Source of the DNA: a virus
Taxonomy: Duplodnaviria > Caudoviricetes
Virus record (IMG/VR): IMGVR_UViG_3300037510_000159
Span: 1-60,688 of that record
Strand: one strand, 5' to 3'
DNA: 60,688 nt
Below, in pieces: positions 27,698 through 36,156 of the stretch (the stretch's first letter is position 1; each line of letters starts with the position of its first letter). The notes under the pieces were generated by a model that ran no database searches, was not told where the DNA came from, and saw only the letters and a list, made by a program, of their open reading frames with translations. A program made the translations under genes and the position numbers.

Positions 27698-28056
27698 ACA
27701 GCACGCCACCGACCCCGCTGCTTGTGCCGGAAGCGAGGGTCGACTGCGGCGCGTGCCGCGCCTGCTGCTATCAGGCCGTCGTGCTCGCCGACGAGGAGGT
27801 CGGGTACGAAGTCGAGACGCTCGCGACGGCGCAGGGGCCATTCCGCTTCCTGCAGCGGCGCGACGACGGAGCCTGCGTCTATCTGACGGCGGAGGGCTGC
27901 AGCATCCACGCCAACCGGCCCGCGGTCTGCCGTCGCTTTGACTGCGGAGGCTGGTATCCGACGGTGCCGAGATCTATGCGCAAGTACATCGCGCGGCACG
28001 GCACCCAGCAGGACCGGCGGATGCTGCGCGAGGGCCGCAGGAGGGCCACGCGATGA
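27694..28056 (+). CDS. YkgJ/CxxCxxCC zinc or Fe-S cluster protein
   Basis: CGACRACC...GACVYL..GCSIH.NRP.VCR.FDC. Confidence 0.85.
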   Translation: MNSTPPTPLLVPEARVDCGACRACCYQAVVLADEEVGYEVETLATAQGPFRFLQRRDDGACVYLTAEGCSIHANRPAVCRRFDCGGWYPTVPRSMRKYIARHGTQQDRRMLREGRRRATR

Positions 28057-28253
28057 TGCGCAAGACAGCCAACATCGACATCCGCGTCGAGCCCGAGCTC
28101 ATCGAGCGGCTCGACGCTTGGCGAGCCCAGCAGCGCGTGCCGCCGAGCCGGTCGGCAGCCGTCGTCTATATGCTCGAGCATTTCCTCGATAGCGACGCGA
28201 CCGCGAACGCTTCGAGAAACTGCGCAGGAAAATGGCAGGTGTCCGATGAATAA
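28053..28253 (+). CDS. Ribbon-helix-helix regulator
   Basis: [17 protein letters not shown]...PSRSAAV. Confidence 0.7.
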   Translation: MMRKTANIDIRVEPELIERLDAWRAQQRVPPSRSAAVVYMLEHFLDSDATANASRNCAGKWQVSDE

Positions 28254-28647
28254 ACCGATCATTTGCGTCGATTTTGATGGCGTTATTCATTCTTACGAGC
28301 GCGGTTGGCAAGAGGGCAAAATCTACGGGACCGTAGTTCCTGGGTTTTTTGAGTGGGTCGAGCGCGTCCGCGATCATTTCAAGATCGTAATCTACTCGTC
28401 TCGGTCCAAGACCGATGACGGCGTGACAGCTATGGGGCTTTGGCTGCACGAGCAGCGCAATGCTTGGATCAAGGCCGGCGGCGAACGCAATCCGACCGAA
28501 GTGCTCGAAATGGAGTTCGCGCACGAGAAGCCACCAGCGTTCCTGACGATCGATGATCGCGCGATCCGATTTGAGGGTGATTGGAGCGCCCCGGAACTTG
28601 CCCCTACGGCACTGCGCGACTTCAAACCGTGGATGCAGCGAGCCTGA
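28246..28647 (+). CDS. HAD-superfamily phosphatase-like protein
   Basis: [10 protein letters not shown] (DxD), IYSSR, KPPA..IDDRA motifs. Confidence 0.8.
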   Translation: MNKPIICVDFDGVIHSYERGWQEGKIYGTVVPGFFEWVERVRDHFKIVIYSSRSKTDDGVTAMGLWLHEQRNAWIKAGGERNPTEVLEMEFAHEKPPAFLTIDDRAIRFEGDWSAPELAPTALRDFKPWMQRA

Positions 28648-28703
28648 CGGGTAGTCAAATATATAATTCCCATGTATTACGGGCATCGCAAGGAGGCGCC
28701 GTG

Positions 28704-28901
28704 ATGGCTGAGACCGTCACGCCCTACACGCTCTGGTGCCACCAGCACGCCGTCACACACGCGCATTGCCCGGACGGGTGTGAGCATCCCCAGCCCTTCG
28801 TCGACCCGGCAGGCTTGCTCCTGTGCGGTCGGTGCGCGGCTGTCTACGGCGAGCGCACCGTCATGGTGCCCTGCACGCCGGAGGTCTGCGGTGATGAGTG
28901 A
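28704..28901 (+). CDS. Small Cys/His-rich protein
   Basis: AAGGAGG RBS; HCPDGCEHP..CGRC. Confidence 0.6.
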   Translation: MAETVTPYTLWCHQHAVTHAHCPDGCEHPQPFVDPAGLLLCGRCAAVYGERTVMVPCTPEVCGDE

Positions 28902-29127
28902 CGACAGCGCGGGGCGGCGCGCGCGGCCGTCGCGCTGTATTACGGAGCCCGCAATGCCTGACGACGAGGCGGTCCACTTCGTCTGCTCGGAATGCGGTCG
29001 CCGGATTATCCAGATATGCGGCCCCGATCCCGCGAGCCGTTTCAACCTGTGCGCCGCCTGCATCACGCTACCGGGCTGGCACACCATCCCCGAGCTCCGC
29101 GAGCGGCTCGACCCGGAGGAAGCATGA
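28894..29127 (+). CDS. Small zinc-finger protein
   Basis: CSEC...CAAC. Confidence 0.5.
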   Translation: MSDDSAGRRARPSRCITEPAMPDDEAVHFVCSECGRRIIQICGPDPASRFNLCAACITLPGWHTIPELRERLDPEEA

Positions 29128-29456
29128 CAGGACAGCGCGTTTGGATCGCCCAGGTAATGTGCCAACACCGGCATACGGTCCTCGCCGGCGCCGCCGTAGC
29201 GGCCGACAGGCGCAAGGCAGTCCCCGCGGCCGTCGTCCCGCTGCGCGAGGCGCTCGACCGGCTGGTCGCGGCCGGCACGATAAATCCCTGGTGCGGGATA
29301 TGCGGGGCGCCGCGCGAGACGTGGAAGGTCGATCTCGGCCGCACGGCATTCCGCACGCTTGAGGAGGCGACGCCAGCGTTGGCCGAGATCCAGCAGCAAA
29401 ACCTGCTGGCCCAGGCCATCATGGGCGGGCATCCGGGGCCGGGAAAGCTCAATTAA
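29124..29456 (+). CDS. Hypothetical zinc-binding protein
   Basis: GGAGG RBS, ATGA overlap; C.HRH..INPWCGICG. Confidence 0.6.
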   Translation: MTGQRVWIAQVMCQHRHTVLAGAAVAADRRKAVPAAVVPLREALDRLVAAGTINPWCGICGAPRETWKVDLGRTAFRTLEEATPALAEIQQQNLLAQAIMGGHPGPGKLN

Positions 29457-29867
29457 CGAGCCCGGCGGGACACTGCCGGGACACTCTGGCGATAAACCCG
29501 AGAGTTTCTGCGGGGTGTTTCCGCCTTCGTAGGGCGTTGACGGAGAGAAGGCGCCGCAGGGCAGGGCGGCGCGCACGCCTTTTCGATCCCCGGCTAGCTC
29601 AGGGCCTAGCCCCGCAAACGCGATTTAGTAACGCACAAAAAGCGCTGTGGTTGCCATAAATTTGGCTCAAATCAATAGCGATACAGGTTGCCGCCGGGCC
29701 GGCGATGCGGTAGGGGCCGGCTATGGTACACTTTCTCGTCTGCGTGGCTTACTTCGTCGCCGCCTGGATCTTCATCTGCCACCACCAAGAGTGGCTGCGC
29801 AAGCTGAGCCAGCGCGGCAAATAGCGCCGACCGGCGCCCGCACCTCAACGCCGCATGGCCGCCTCCA

Positions 29868-31631
29868 TCAGTCTGCGGCCAGCTTGCGCTTGCCCGCCTC
29901 GACGCGCTGTATTTGCTGCCCCAGCCATTTAATGACCGGGACGGCCATACTGTTACCCAACGCTTTGTACTTATTGCCATCCGCCGCGGGTTTGTTGCGG
30001 TAGGTGACGTCCAGCCAGTCGTCAGGAAATCCCTGCAATCTACAACATTCTTTTGGGGTTAGCCTGCGCACCGACATGCCTTGCCGGACGCCTTGCTGGA
30101 TGTTGCTGCCGTCGTGGGGCGGGTGCGCCTGAAGCGTCGGGTAGACCGGCCGCTCCCACGCATAGCCGTTGGATTGCTCGCTCGCGGTGAAGGCAACCGC
30201 CGGCCCGCCTCCGGTGATGTTGGCGATGCCGTCATCGCGGTACTCAAGATCGTGACTGTCGCCCCGCCCGCGAATGGCGAGGGTGAGGACAGCCGGCGTG
30301 CGCTCGACGCCCAGCGTCATAAACACGTCTTCGCTGTTCGGCCCGCCTGCGCTGTTCTTCCAATCCACCGCGAGCACATGCGGCACGGCGTTGGGGCAGA
30401 CCCCGCGCTCCTCGCCCATCCCGCCGGATTGCAGCGACATGGCCACGGCGTCCGTGGTGCCATTGCGGAGGTCTACCGCCACCAGCGGCGCCCCGCGCCC
30501 GGTCCCGTCCTGGCTGGCATCGAACCCGTCGGCGCGCAGGGTGTGGGGTACGAGCAGATTTTCATCAATCGGATTGTTGGCGTGGCCGTCGATGAGCAGG
30601 GGCGTGGCGATAAGCGTGGCTTCCTTACTTCCCGAGCCAGCCGACATATCGCGCAGGCCGGTCGCGACCTCCGCGTCGTTCCACCAACCTTGGCCGGTGT
30701 TGTTGAAGGCGACCGCGTGCGCCGCCCCGCTGTCGAGCGTCGGGGCAATCCCCTCGCTGACGTTGAAGCCGGGATCGCGCAGCCTGACCCGTCCCTCGGC
30801 GTCAGGCGACGGCGTCCTGGCCTCGCCGGAGCGGGCAGCGTCGGAGCGGATACCGTAGGCGACGGCGTGCTGCTTGCCAGCGGAGCCGGCGACCTGATGG
30901 TCAAACGTGATCAGGCTGTCGGCGGTGTCGGCGTCGTTGCGGTATCCGCTGCCGCCTGCAGGGCGGCTTGCAGTTGGCCGGGCAATTCTTTGCCCCGCTT
31001 CGCGGCGCGGCGCAGGATCCCCGAGCACGCTTTCGCCGACAGGAAATAACGCGGATGCACAATCCCAGTTTCCAGCACCTCGTGAAGCGACGACAAACAC
31101 ACGTCGTCTCCGCTGGGGGACGCCGAAAAATTGCGCGTCGAGGATGCGCCAGGCCGCCGTCCTTTTTGGCCCAGCAGCCACACCCGCGTTTGACCAGCGC
31201 TGTCCCGCATCCGGAACGAGGGGTCCGTCCGATCCGACCAATCGCCCCAGAAAGTGTCCGAAGCTGTTGTCGGCCATCGAGAGCCAGCCGGGGACGTTTT
31301 CGGTGAGGGACCATTCAGGGTCGAGGCGATCGAGGGCCTCAACGTAGGCGAGACTGAGGTTGCCACGCGGGTCCGATAGCCCGCCGCGGTTTCCGGCAAC
31401 GGAAAATCCCTGGCAGGGTGGCCCTCCAACAACAACGGCAACAGGCTCAACTGCACGCCAATCCACCTTTGTGACGTCGCCCAGATTTGGCGTTTGCGGG
31501 TAATGGTGCGCCAGGACGGCGCAGGCGAACGGGTCCACCTCGGCCACCCAGGCACAGCTCCAACCGAGCGGAATCCAGGCCGCGCTCGCCGCCTCTATGC
31601 CGCTGAAGAGCGACCCGAAACGCAGCGTCAA
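29868..31631 (-). CDS. dcm: C5 cytosine DNA methyltransferase
   Basis: Motif I SLFSGI, IV GGPPCQGFS, VI ENVPG, VIII QRRRRVF, IX RRLTPKEC.RLQGFP, X KALGNS; long variable region. Confidence 0.92.
   Translation of the reverse strand: MTLRFGSLFSGIEAASAAWIPLGWSCAWVAEVDPFACAVLAHHYPQTPNLGDVTKVDWRAVEPVAVVVGGPPCQGFSVAGNRGGLSDPRGNLSLAYVEALDRLDPEWSLTENVPGWLSMADNSFGHFLGRLVGSDGPLVPDAGQRWSNAGVAAGPKRTAAWRILDAQFFGVPQRRRRVFVVASRGAGNWDCASALFPVGESVLGDPAPRREAGQRIARPTASRPAGGSGYRNDADTADSLITFDHQVAGSAGKQHAVAYGIRSDAARSGEARTPSPDAEGRVRLRDPGFNVSEGIAPTLDSGAAHAVAFNNTGQGWWNDAEVATGLRDMSAGSGSKEATLIATPLLIDGHANNPIDENLLVPHTLRADGFDASQDGTGRGAPLVAVDLRNGTTDAVAMSLQSGGMGEERGVCPNAVPHVLAVDWKNSAGGPNSEDVFMTLGVERTPAVLTLAIRGRGDSHDLEYRDDGIANITGGGPAVAFTASEQSNGYAWERPVYPTLQAHPPHDGSNIQQGVRQGMSVRRLTPKECCRLQGFPDDWLDVTYRNKPAADGNKYKALGNSMAVPVIKWLGQQIQRVEAGKRKLAAD
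30911..31555 (-). CDS. Nested out-of-frame ORF in methyltransferase (beta-subunit-like); start uncertain
   Basis: +1 frame open; SSLHEVLE..HPRYFLSAKACSGILRRAAKRGKELP..LQAAL reads as real protein. Confidence 0.5.
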   Translation of the reverse strand: MPGWPRWTRSPAPSWRTITRKRQIWATSQRWIGVQLSLLPLLLEGHPARDFPLPETAAGYRTRVATSVSPTLRPSIASTLNGPSPKTSPAGSRWPTTASDTFWGDWSDRTDPSFRMRDSAGQTRVWLLGQKGRRPGASSTRNFSASPSGDDVCLSSLHEVLETGIVHPRYFLSAKACSGILRRAAKRGKELPGQLQAALQAAADTATTPTPPTA

Positions 31632-31831
31632 CGCCCGTACACCGAGCGCCTGACGATCTGGATGGCGTGGTTGCCGAGGGTCACGGTGCGCGTCTCGCCG
31701 GCCGCGTCGGCCCACCTGACCTCGCCGGTCGCATCGTCGGCCAGCGTCAGCTTGCCCTTGCCCTCGACAGAGGCGAAGCTGTCCAGCCGCACCGCGCTGT
31801 AGTTGCGCGCCGCCTCGCCATCGACGCGCAT
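31628..31831 (-). CDS. Hypothetical protein
   Basis: AGGAGG RBS; 67 aa; TTGA overlap with dcm. Confidence 0.65.
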   Translation of the reverse strand: MRVDGEAARNYSAVRLDSFASVEGKGKLTLADDATGEVRWADAAGETRTVTLGNHAIQIVRRSVYGR

Positions 31832-31946
31832 GGCGGCCTCCTGAGCGTTTAAACGGTAGCGGATTTGCGGTTTTGCGGTTTCGCGGCTAAGCTGCGCGCG
31901 GGGTCCGGACGCTAGGCATGGCGCCGGCTCGTAGGAGCGGAAAGCG

Positions 31947-31986
31947 GCCCCGTCCTGGCTGGCAACCCAGGGCGGGGCTTTTCTTT
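31947..31986 (+). terminator. Rho-independent terminator
   Basis: GCCCCGTCCTGG/CCAGGGCGGGGC stem plus TTTTCTTT. Confidence 0.6.
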
Positions 31987-32035
31987 GCCCGCGCCTCGCG
32001 CTAAGCTGGCGCGTGCATTGATCAAGATCAGACTT

Positions 32036-32073
32036 AGCCCCGCCGGGCGTCAAAACCCGGCGGGGCTTTCTTT
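32036..32073 (+). terminator. Rho-independent terminator
   Basis: AGCCCCGCCGGG/CCCGGCGGGGCT perfect stem plus TTCTTT. Confidence 0.65.
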
Positions 32074-32479
32074 ATGCCCGCCTGGGCTGCTCATGCACGG
32101 CCTTGCGGTACTCCGGATTGTCGGTCAACGGGTCGATCTTCTGCTCGGGCATTCGGTTGCGTGCCCGCTCCTCGCGCGCCTTGGCCTCCTGGGCCTCGAC
32201 CGCAGCCGCCTCGTTTGGCGACTGTTGCGGCGTGTCGTCGAGGTGGCCGGGATTGCCGTGCGCGCTCGGCTGGTGGATCGGGTTGAGCGGCGATGCGCCG
32301 GGCTTGGAGCCGTCTTCGTTGCGGGTCGGCACGATCGGCTTCTGCGCGTCCGCGCCAGGCCCGTCCTGCTTGCCGTTGCCCTGCGCGTTGGCCTGGCGAC
32401 CCGCCTGGTCGGCTCGGCGCTGGTCCTCCGCGATCCGCTTCTGCTCGTCAGCGTTCTTGTGCTCGGTCGATGTCTGCAT
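32072..32479 (-). CDS. Low-complexity hydrophilic protein
   Basis: GGAGGG RBS; 135 aa, Gln/Pro/Ala-rich. Confidence 0.6.
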   Translation of the reverse strand: MQTSTEHKNADEQKRIAEDQRRADQAGRQANAQGNGKQDGPGADAQKPIVPTRNEDGSKPGASPLNPIHQPSAHGNPGHLDDTPQQSPNEAAAVEAQEAKAREERARNRMPEQKIDPLTDNPEYRKAVHEQPRRA

Positions 32480-32570
32480 GAGGCCCTCCGGTCCAGGGCC
32501 AAGCATGCTTGGCCCGAAGCCTCCCCCTGATCCGTAAACACCCGGAGGGCGAAATTAGCGCTTGCCCTTG

Positions 32571-32789
32571 CTAGTCTGAGGCAAAAGTGAGGGCCTTGAC
32601 CGCCCACATTTGCGCGGTCTGCGCCTCGGTTATCGCGACCGAGAACAGCCGCGCCCGCTCGCTACGATCGTCGCCGCGCGCCTCGTTGCAAAGGTCGATG
32701 ATCTCGGCATACAGACGCTTGACGCGATCCACGCCCGGATTGGCCGACGGGTTGAAGCTGAGCCCCACGGCCCTCTCGCCATACGTCAT
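32571..32789 (-). CDS. Acb2/Tad1-like nucleotide-sponge family protein
   Basis: GERAVGLSFNPS...V..K..A..ID...R..SVAITEAQTAQMWAVKALT signature. Confidence 0.7.
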   Translation of the reverse strand: MTYGERAVGLSFNPSANPGVDRVKRLYAEIIDLCNEARGDDRSERARLFSVAITEAQTAQMWAVKALTFASD

Positions 32790-32950
32790 CGGCCCTTGCC
32801 CTTGCCTTTGCCCTTGAGCAGGCCGGGATAGGCGCCCGTGGCCGCCTTGCTCGCGGCGCCGGACGGCATCTTGGGCGAGGTCGGCTTGGGCTGCGCCGGC
32901 ATCTTGGGCGAGGGCGGCGGCTTGCCGAAACGCATCGAGCCTGTCCGCAT
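32786..32950 (-). CDS. Small Lys/Pro-rich protein
   Basis: AAGGAG RBS; SPKMP repeated; ATGA overlap. Confidence 0.5.
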   Translation of the reverse strand: MRTGSMRFGKPPPSPKMPAQPKPTSPKMPSGAASKAATGAYPGLLKGKGKGKGR

Positions 32951-33044
32951 GGCTGTCTCCTTACAACTGGCCGACATTGAGAGCGCCCGTAAAATCCAAG
33001 CCTGCTAACAGCTTGTCGGGGAGCCCTGTCCGGATAGCGGGAAA

Positions 33045-33230
33045 TTATGCCGATTTCATATCGGGCTTGTGCAGGCGAGCCCGCAGCTCGACGACCTCGA
33101 GCTCGAGGCGCTTCACGTCGAGCCGGAGCTGGTCGATCGCCGCGGACATCTGCCGGATATGCTCGTGCATGCCCTGGTTGCCGTTGACATTGGCGTACAG
33201 CCGCTCAAGCGGCATATCGGCATCAGGCAC
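33045..33230 (-). CDS. Small coiled-coil protein
   Basis: 61 aa, coupled to terL stop. Confidence 0.5.
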   Translation of the reverse strand: MPDADMPLERLYANVNGNQGMHEHIRQMSAAIDQLRLDVKRLELEVVELRARLHKPDMKSA

Positions 33231-35389
33231 TAAACGATCCCCCGGTCGTCATACACAATCGGCCGCGTCATGGCCTCGTCGTCCGAGCGCAGGTTGGCGA
33301 GAGCCAGGTAGCGCCAGGCGTCGCTGTTGCTAACAAGGATCCCGTTTGCCTGATAGCACGCGTGGTTTACGACGGTAAGGTCGTACACCCACGTTGCGCC
33401 CTCTGCGCTGGCGCAGGTTTTCAGCTTTGCAATTCGGGTGGCACCACTTGGCAAGCGTAGGATAAGGCGAAAGAAACGGCTGGCCGCACTGCTGGCAGAT
33501 GCACTCGTGCCAAACCCTGTGCTCCCAAGCGCGGCGGCCATTCTCTTGGTGCCATTCCAGCCCCTCCGGGCTCGCGTGCCATTCAGCAGCCCGCTGAAGC
33601 GCCAGGGCGCTTGGCGGCGGAAGCGGCTTGGCCGCATAGTTCTCACGAGAGTGCAGGCTTCGATGGGCGCGCCGCTCGATGCACTGAAGGTTATCGATGG
33701 CGTTGTTAAGAGAATTGCCATCCTTGTGATGGATCTGACAGCCTTCCGGTATAGGCCCGTAGTGGCTTTCCCACATTGCCCGGTGGAGATAGATCGTTGG
33801 CCGACTGAGCGGCGCTCTGCGCGGCCCTGTCCGCACATAATAGCCGCCCGAAAGCCAGTATTTGTTGCCCTCAAACACCACGATATGAGCCGGATCGTCC
33901 ATTCATCGCCCCTAAATACCCCGTCTGAGTATCTTAGGGCAGATGCTTCGATAAAGCCACGATTTGTCAGCACTTTATGCTCTCGTGAACAGCGAATTTG
34001 CCGCCCGTCGGCGAGGTCGATCTCCACCAACTCCGCAATCTGCTTTACCGGGCCGGCATGGCTCACGCGAGAATGCCCGCAAGGTGTCCATACGCTATCG
34101 CCTGCCAGCACCTCAGCGATCGGCCGCAGCCCCGCATCCGTCAATACGAGCGCATCCGCCGTCAGACACGCGTGGCTCGCCCAGTCGTGTAGAGGCCGAT
34201 CGTGGAATGCCTTGCGCCGGTCGTCCCACTCGCGCCGGTAGTTGCGCAGGCAGTTGACGCCGCGCTCGGTCGGCGCCTCGTCAAACCAGGCGCGGGCCAG
34301 CAGCAGCCTGCCGGCGTTGATGCCGTCAGCAACGCTCGAGGGCGGCAGGATGCGCGTGCGACGCAGCCCGAGGCTGCACAGCGTCTCCTCGCGCGTCCGC
34401 CCGGTGCCCAGCTCCTTGGCCGCAGCATCGTGCGGCAGGATGTGCTCGCCCCAGCGGCAGTCCCACTTGTCGAGCTCCTTGGCGTACCACTCCAGGCCGA
34501 CGCCCGAGTTCTGGATGTAGCCGACGACCCTGATCTGCATCCCGACGACCTGCACCAGCCAGATCGCGGTGTCGTCGCCGATCCCCAGATCCCAGGCCGT
34601 ATGCACCGGGTAGCCTGGGTCGAGCGGCACCGGGCAGATGCGATGCTCGGCGTCGATCTTCTCGAATTGTGGGCCAAAGTAACCGCCAATGACGCCGGCG
34701 TCGAAAGAGCAGAGATACTCCTGAGCGTAGCGGTTTTGCCCGTCCTCAGGGCCATACTCCTTGATCATGTCGGCCCGCTCGGAGGCCAGCTGCTCCGCGG
34801 TGAAAACGCTCGTGTCCTGAGCGCTCAGCAGCTCGACAAACCAGTCCGGATCGCGTTTGTGGGCGTCGAAGAAGGTGCTGCCGTGGTTGCGGCCCCTGGG
34901 CGTGTAGACGAATAAGGCCCAGCCTTGGTTTTCCAGCAACATCGGCCGGATGAAGGCCCAGGCGCTGGGGTTGGCGAGCGCCCACTCGCTGAAGACCACG
35001 CCCGCCGGCGCAGATCCCACTAAACTGTCGTAATTGTCCGACCCGGCGAGCTGGTACACGGACCCGTTGCGGAAACGGATCATCATCTCGTTTTCGAGGG
35101 TCGTTTCCCGCAGCGCAAGCGGGAACGCCTCGTCTATCCGGCGCTTGCCGGTGTGGGCGTCGACCGCAGTCCAGATCGCCTTGCGCGCCTGCGCTTGCTC
35201 TGGAAGCAAATGCCAGTAATTGGCGACCCTCATATGAGCCGCGACAGCTATGTGATGAAGAGCAACGGCATCTTTCCCCGAGCGCCTATGCCAAACAGCG
35301 ATGGCACGCTTGCCGCCGCCCTCCAGATAGCGCCACAAGGGCTTCTGGTAGCTCCTGGGACGCCACTGGTGCGGTAAGACCAGCTCCAT
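33230..35389 (-). CDS. terL: Terminase large subunit (intein-containing precursor; 438 aa after splicing)
   Basis: WHRRSGKD Walker A, VVFSEW Walker B, YTPRGRNH, AWDLGIGDDT nuclease and HDWASHA-SDAWRY motifs. Confidence 0.95.
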   Translation of the reverse strand: MELVLPHQWRPRSYQKPLWRYLEGGGKRAIAVWHRRSGKDAVALHHIAVAAHMRVANYWHLLPEQAQARKAIWTAVDAHTGKRRIDEAFPLALRETTLENEMMIRFRNGSVYQLAGSDNYDSLVGSAPAGVVFSEWALANPSAWAFIRPMLLENQGWALFVYTPRGRNHGSTFFDAHKRDPDWFVELLSAQDTSVFTAEQLASERADMIKEYGPEDGQNRYAQEYLCSFDAGVIGGYFGPQFEKIDAEHRICPVPLDPGYPVHTAWDLGIGDDTAIWLVQVVGMQIRVVGYIQNSGVGLEWYAKELDKWDCRWGEHILPHDAAAKELGTGRTREETLCSLGLRRTRILPPSSVADGINAGRLLLARAWFDEAPTERGVNCLRNYRREWDDRRKAFHDRPLHDWASHACLTADALVLTDAGLRPIAEVLAGDSVWTPCGHSRVSHAGPVKQIAELVEIDLADGRQIRCSREHKVLTNRGFIEASALRYSDGVFRGDEWTIRLISWCLRATNTGFRAAIMCGQGRAERRSVGQRSISTGQCGKATTGLYRKAVRSITRMAILLTTPSITFSASSGAPIEACTLVRTMRPSRFRRQAPWRFSGLLNGTRARRGWNGTKRMAAALGSTGFGTSASASSAASRFFRLILRLPSGATRIAKLKTCASAEGATWVYDLTVVNHACYQANGILVSNSDAWRYLALANLRSDDEAMTRPIVYDDRGIV
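33326..34168 (-). mobile_element. Intein (281 aa) in terL nuclease domain
   Basis: Block A CLTADALVLT..G.RPI.EV..GD.V, block B IRCSREHKVLT, blocks F/G VYDLTV..H.Y.ANGILVSN followed by Ser+1. Confidence 0.92.
33330..33902 (-). CDS. HNH homing endonuclease nested out-of-frame within the intein
   Basis: ATG after AGGGG; YLHRAMWESHYGPIPEGCQIHHKDGNSLNNAIDNLQC HNH motif plus CQQC..CHPNC zinc finger. Confidence 0.88.
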   Translation of the reverse strand: MDDPAHIVVFEGNKYWLSGGYYVRTGPRRAPLSRPTIYLHRAMWESHYGPIPEGCQIHHKDGNSLNNAIDNLQCIERRAHRSLHSRENYAAKPLPPPSALALQRAAEWHASPEGLEWHQENGRRAWEHRVWHECICQQCGQPFLSPYPTLAKWCHPNCKAENLRQRRGRNVGVRPYRRKPRVLSGKRDPC

Positions 35390-35441
35390 CGACCGTCAGC
35401 CTCCCCGGCTCAGTGCAGCGTGTCCTGGGCCGGCAGCCCGG

Positions 35442-35813
35442 TCAGCGTCGCCCAGGAGGGAGCGGTTTGCCGCCGCCAAGCGGGTCGAGCACCCATCCGT
35501 AGGGCTCGACGTACACCCACTGGAAACCGGGAGCGGCCGGCATTTCGGGCGGCAGCTCGATCGGGTGCGTCGGGTAAACAGGCAGAAAAATGGGATGCTC
35601 GGGATGGACGCCGTCGATCGCGCCGGGCGGCACGATGACGATCGGATGCTCGGGTCGAGGCTGATCGGTCGGCGGCGAGATGTCCGGATAGGGCGGCGCA
35701 ACCCCGCCCCAGGTGCCGAGCGGCGACACCACTCCGGTTACGACGCAGGGCTGCGGCGGCCCCCCGTCGATGCTGATCGTCCCAGTGACCATTACGGCTG
35801 TCGGTGTTGGCAT
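35442..35813 (-). CDS. Proline-rich protein
   Basis: AGGAGG RBS, TATAAT upstream; P(E/T)HPI repeats. Confidence 0.65.
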   Translation of the reverse strand: MPTPTAVMVTGTISIDGGPPQPCVVTGVVSPLGTWGGVAPPYPDISPPTDQPRPEHPIVIVPPGAIDGVHPEHPIFLPVYPTHPIELPPEMPAAPGFQWVYVEPYGWVLDPLGGGKPLPPGRR

Positions 35814-35946
35814 CGTGATCCTCCTTATTATAGGGGCAATGAGCGTCGCTCTGGGGCAGGGCCTAGCGCGACCGAGACACGCTGTCGGCCGGATGGCGGA
35901 AAGCCTGGGCTTTGCGCTGTCGCAGAACGTCGGATCAGCCCTTTTG

Positions 35947-36156
35947 CTACGACTGTCGCGCTACGTCTTTGCGCTGATGCAACAGGTAACGGCGCCGCAC
36001 GGCCCTGGGGCTTGTGCTCGGCGGCCGTCCCATCGGCGGCTCGCAGATCGTCCGCACCGTGGCCGCCATCGTGTCAACCGACATTTGGGGATGTCGCCTG
36101 ATGTCGGCGGCCAGGCCGTCGAGCTGCAGCCTCTGCTTGGAGCTCAGCTTACTCAT
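35947..36156 (-). CDS. Hypothetical protein
   Basis: Overlaps terS stop; short. Confidence 0.35.
   Translation of the reverse strand: MSKLSSKQRLQLDGLAADIRRHPQMSVDTMAATVRTICEPPMGRPPSTSPRAVRRRYLLHQRKDVARQS

Noticed and set aside
29589-29620. tRNA gene (GGCTAGCTCAG resembles a D-arm start)
   Set aside because: No T-loop GTTCGA or matching acceptor stem at the right distance.
33330-33902. Simple frameshifted (dead) intein endonuclease
   Set aside because: The terL frame has no stop, and the HNH frame has its own start, RBS and intact motifs; two compensating errors would be required.
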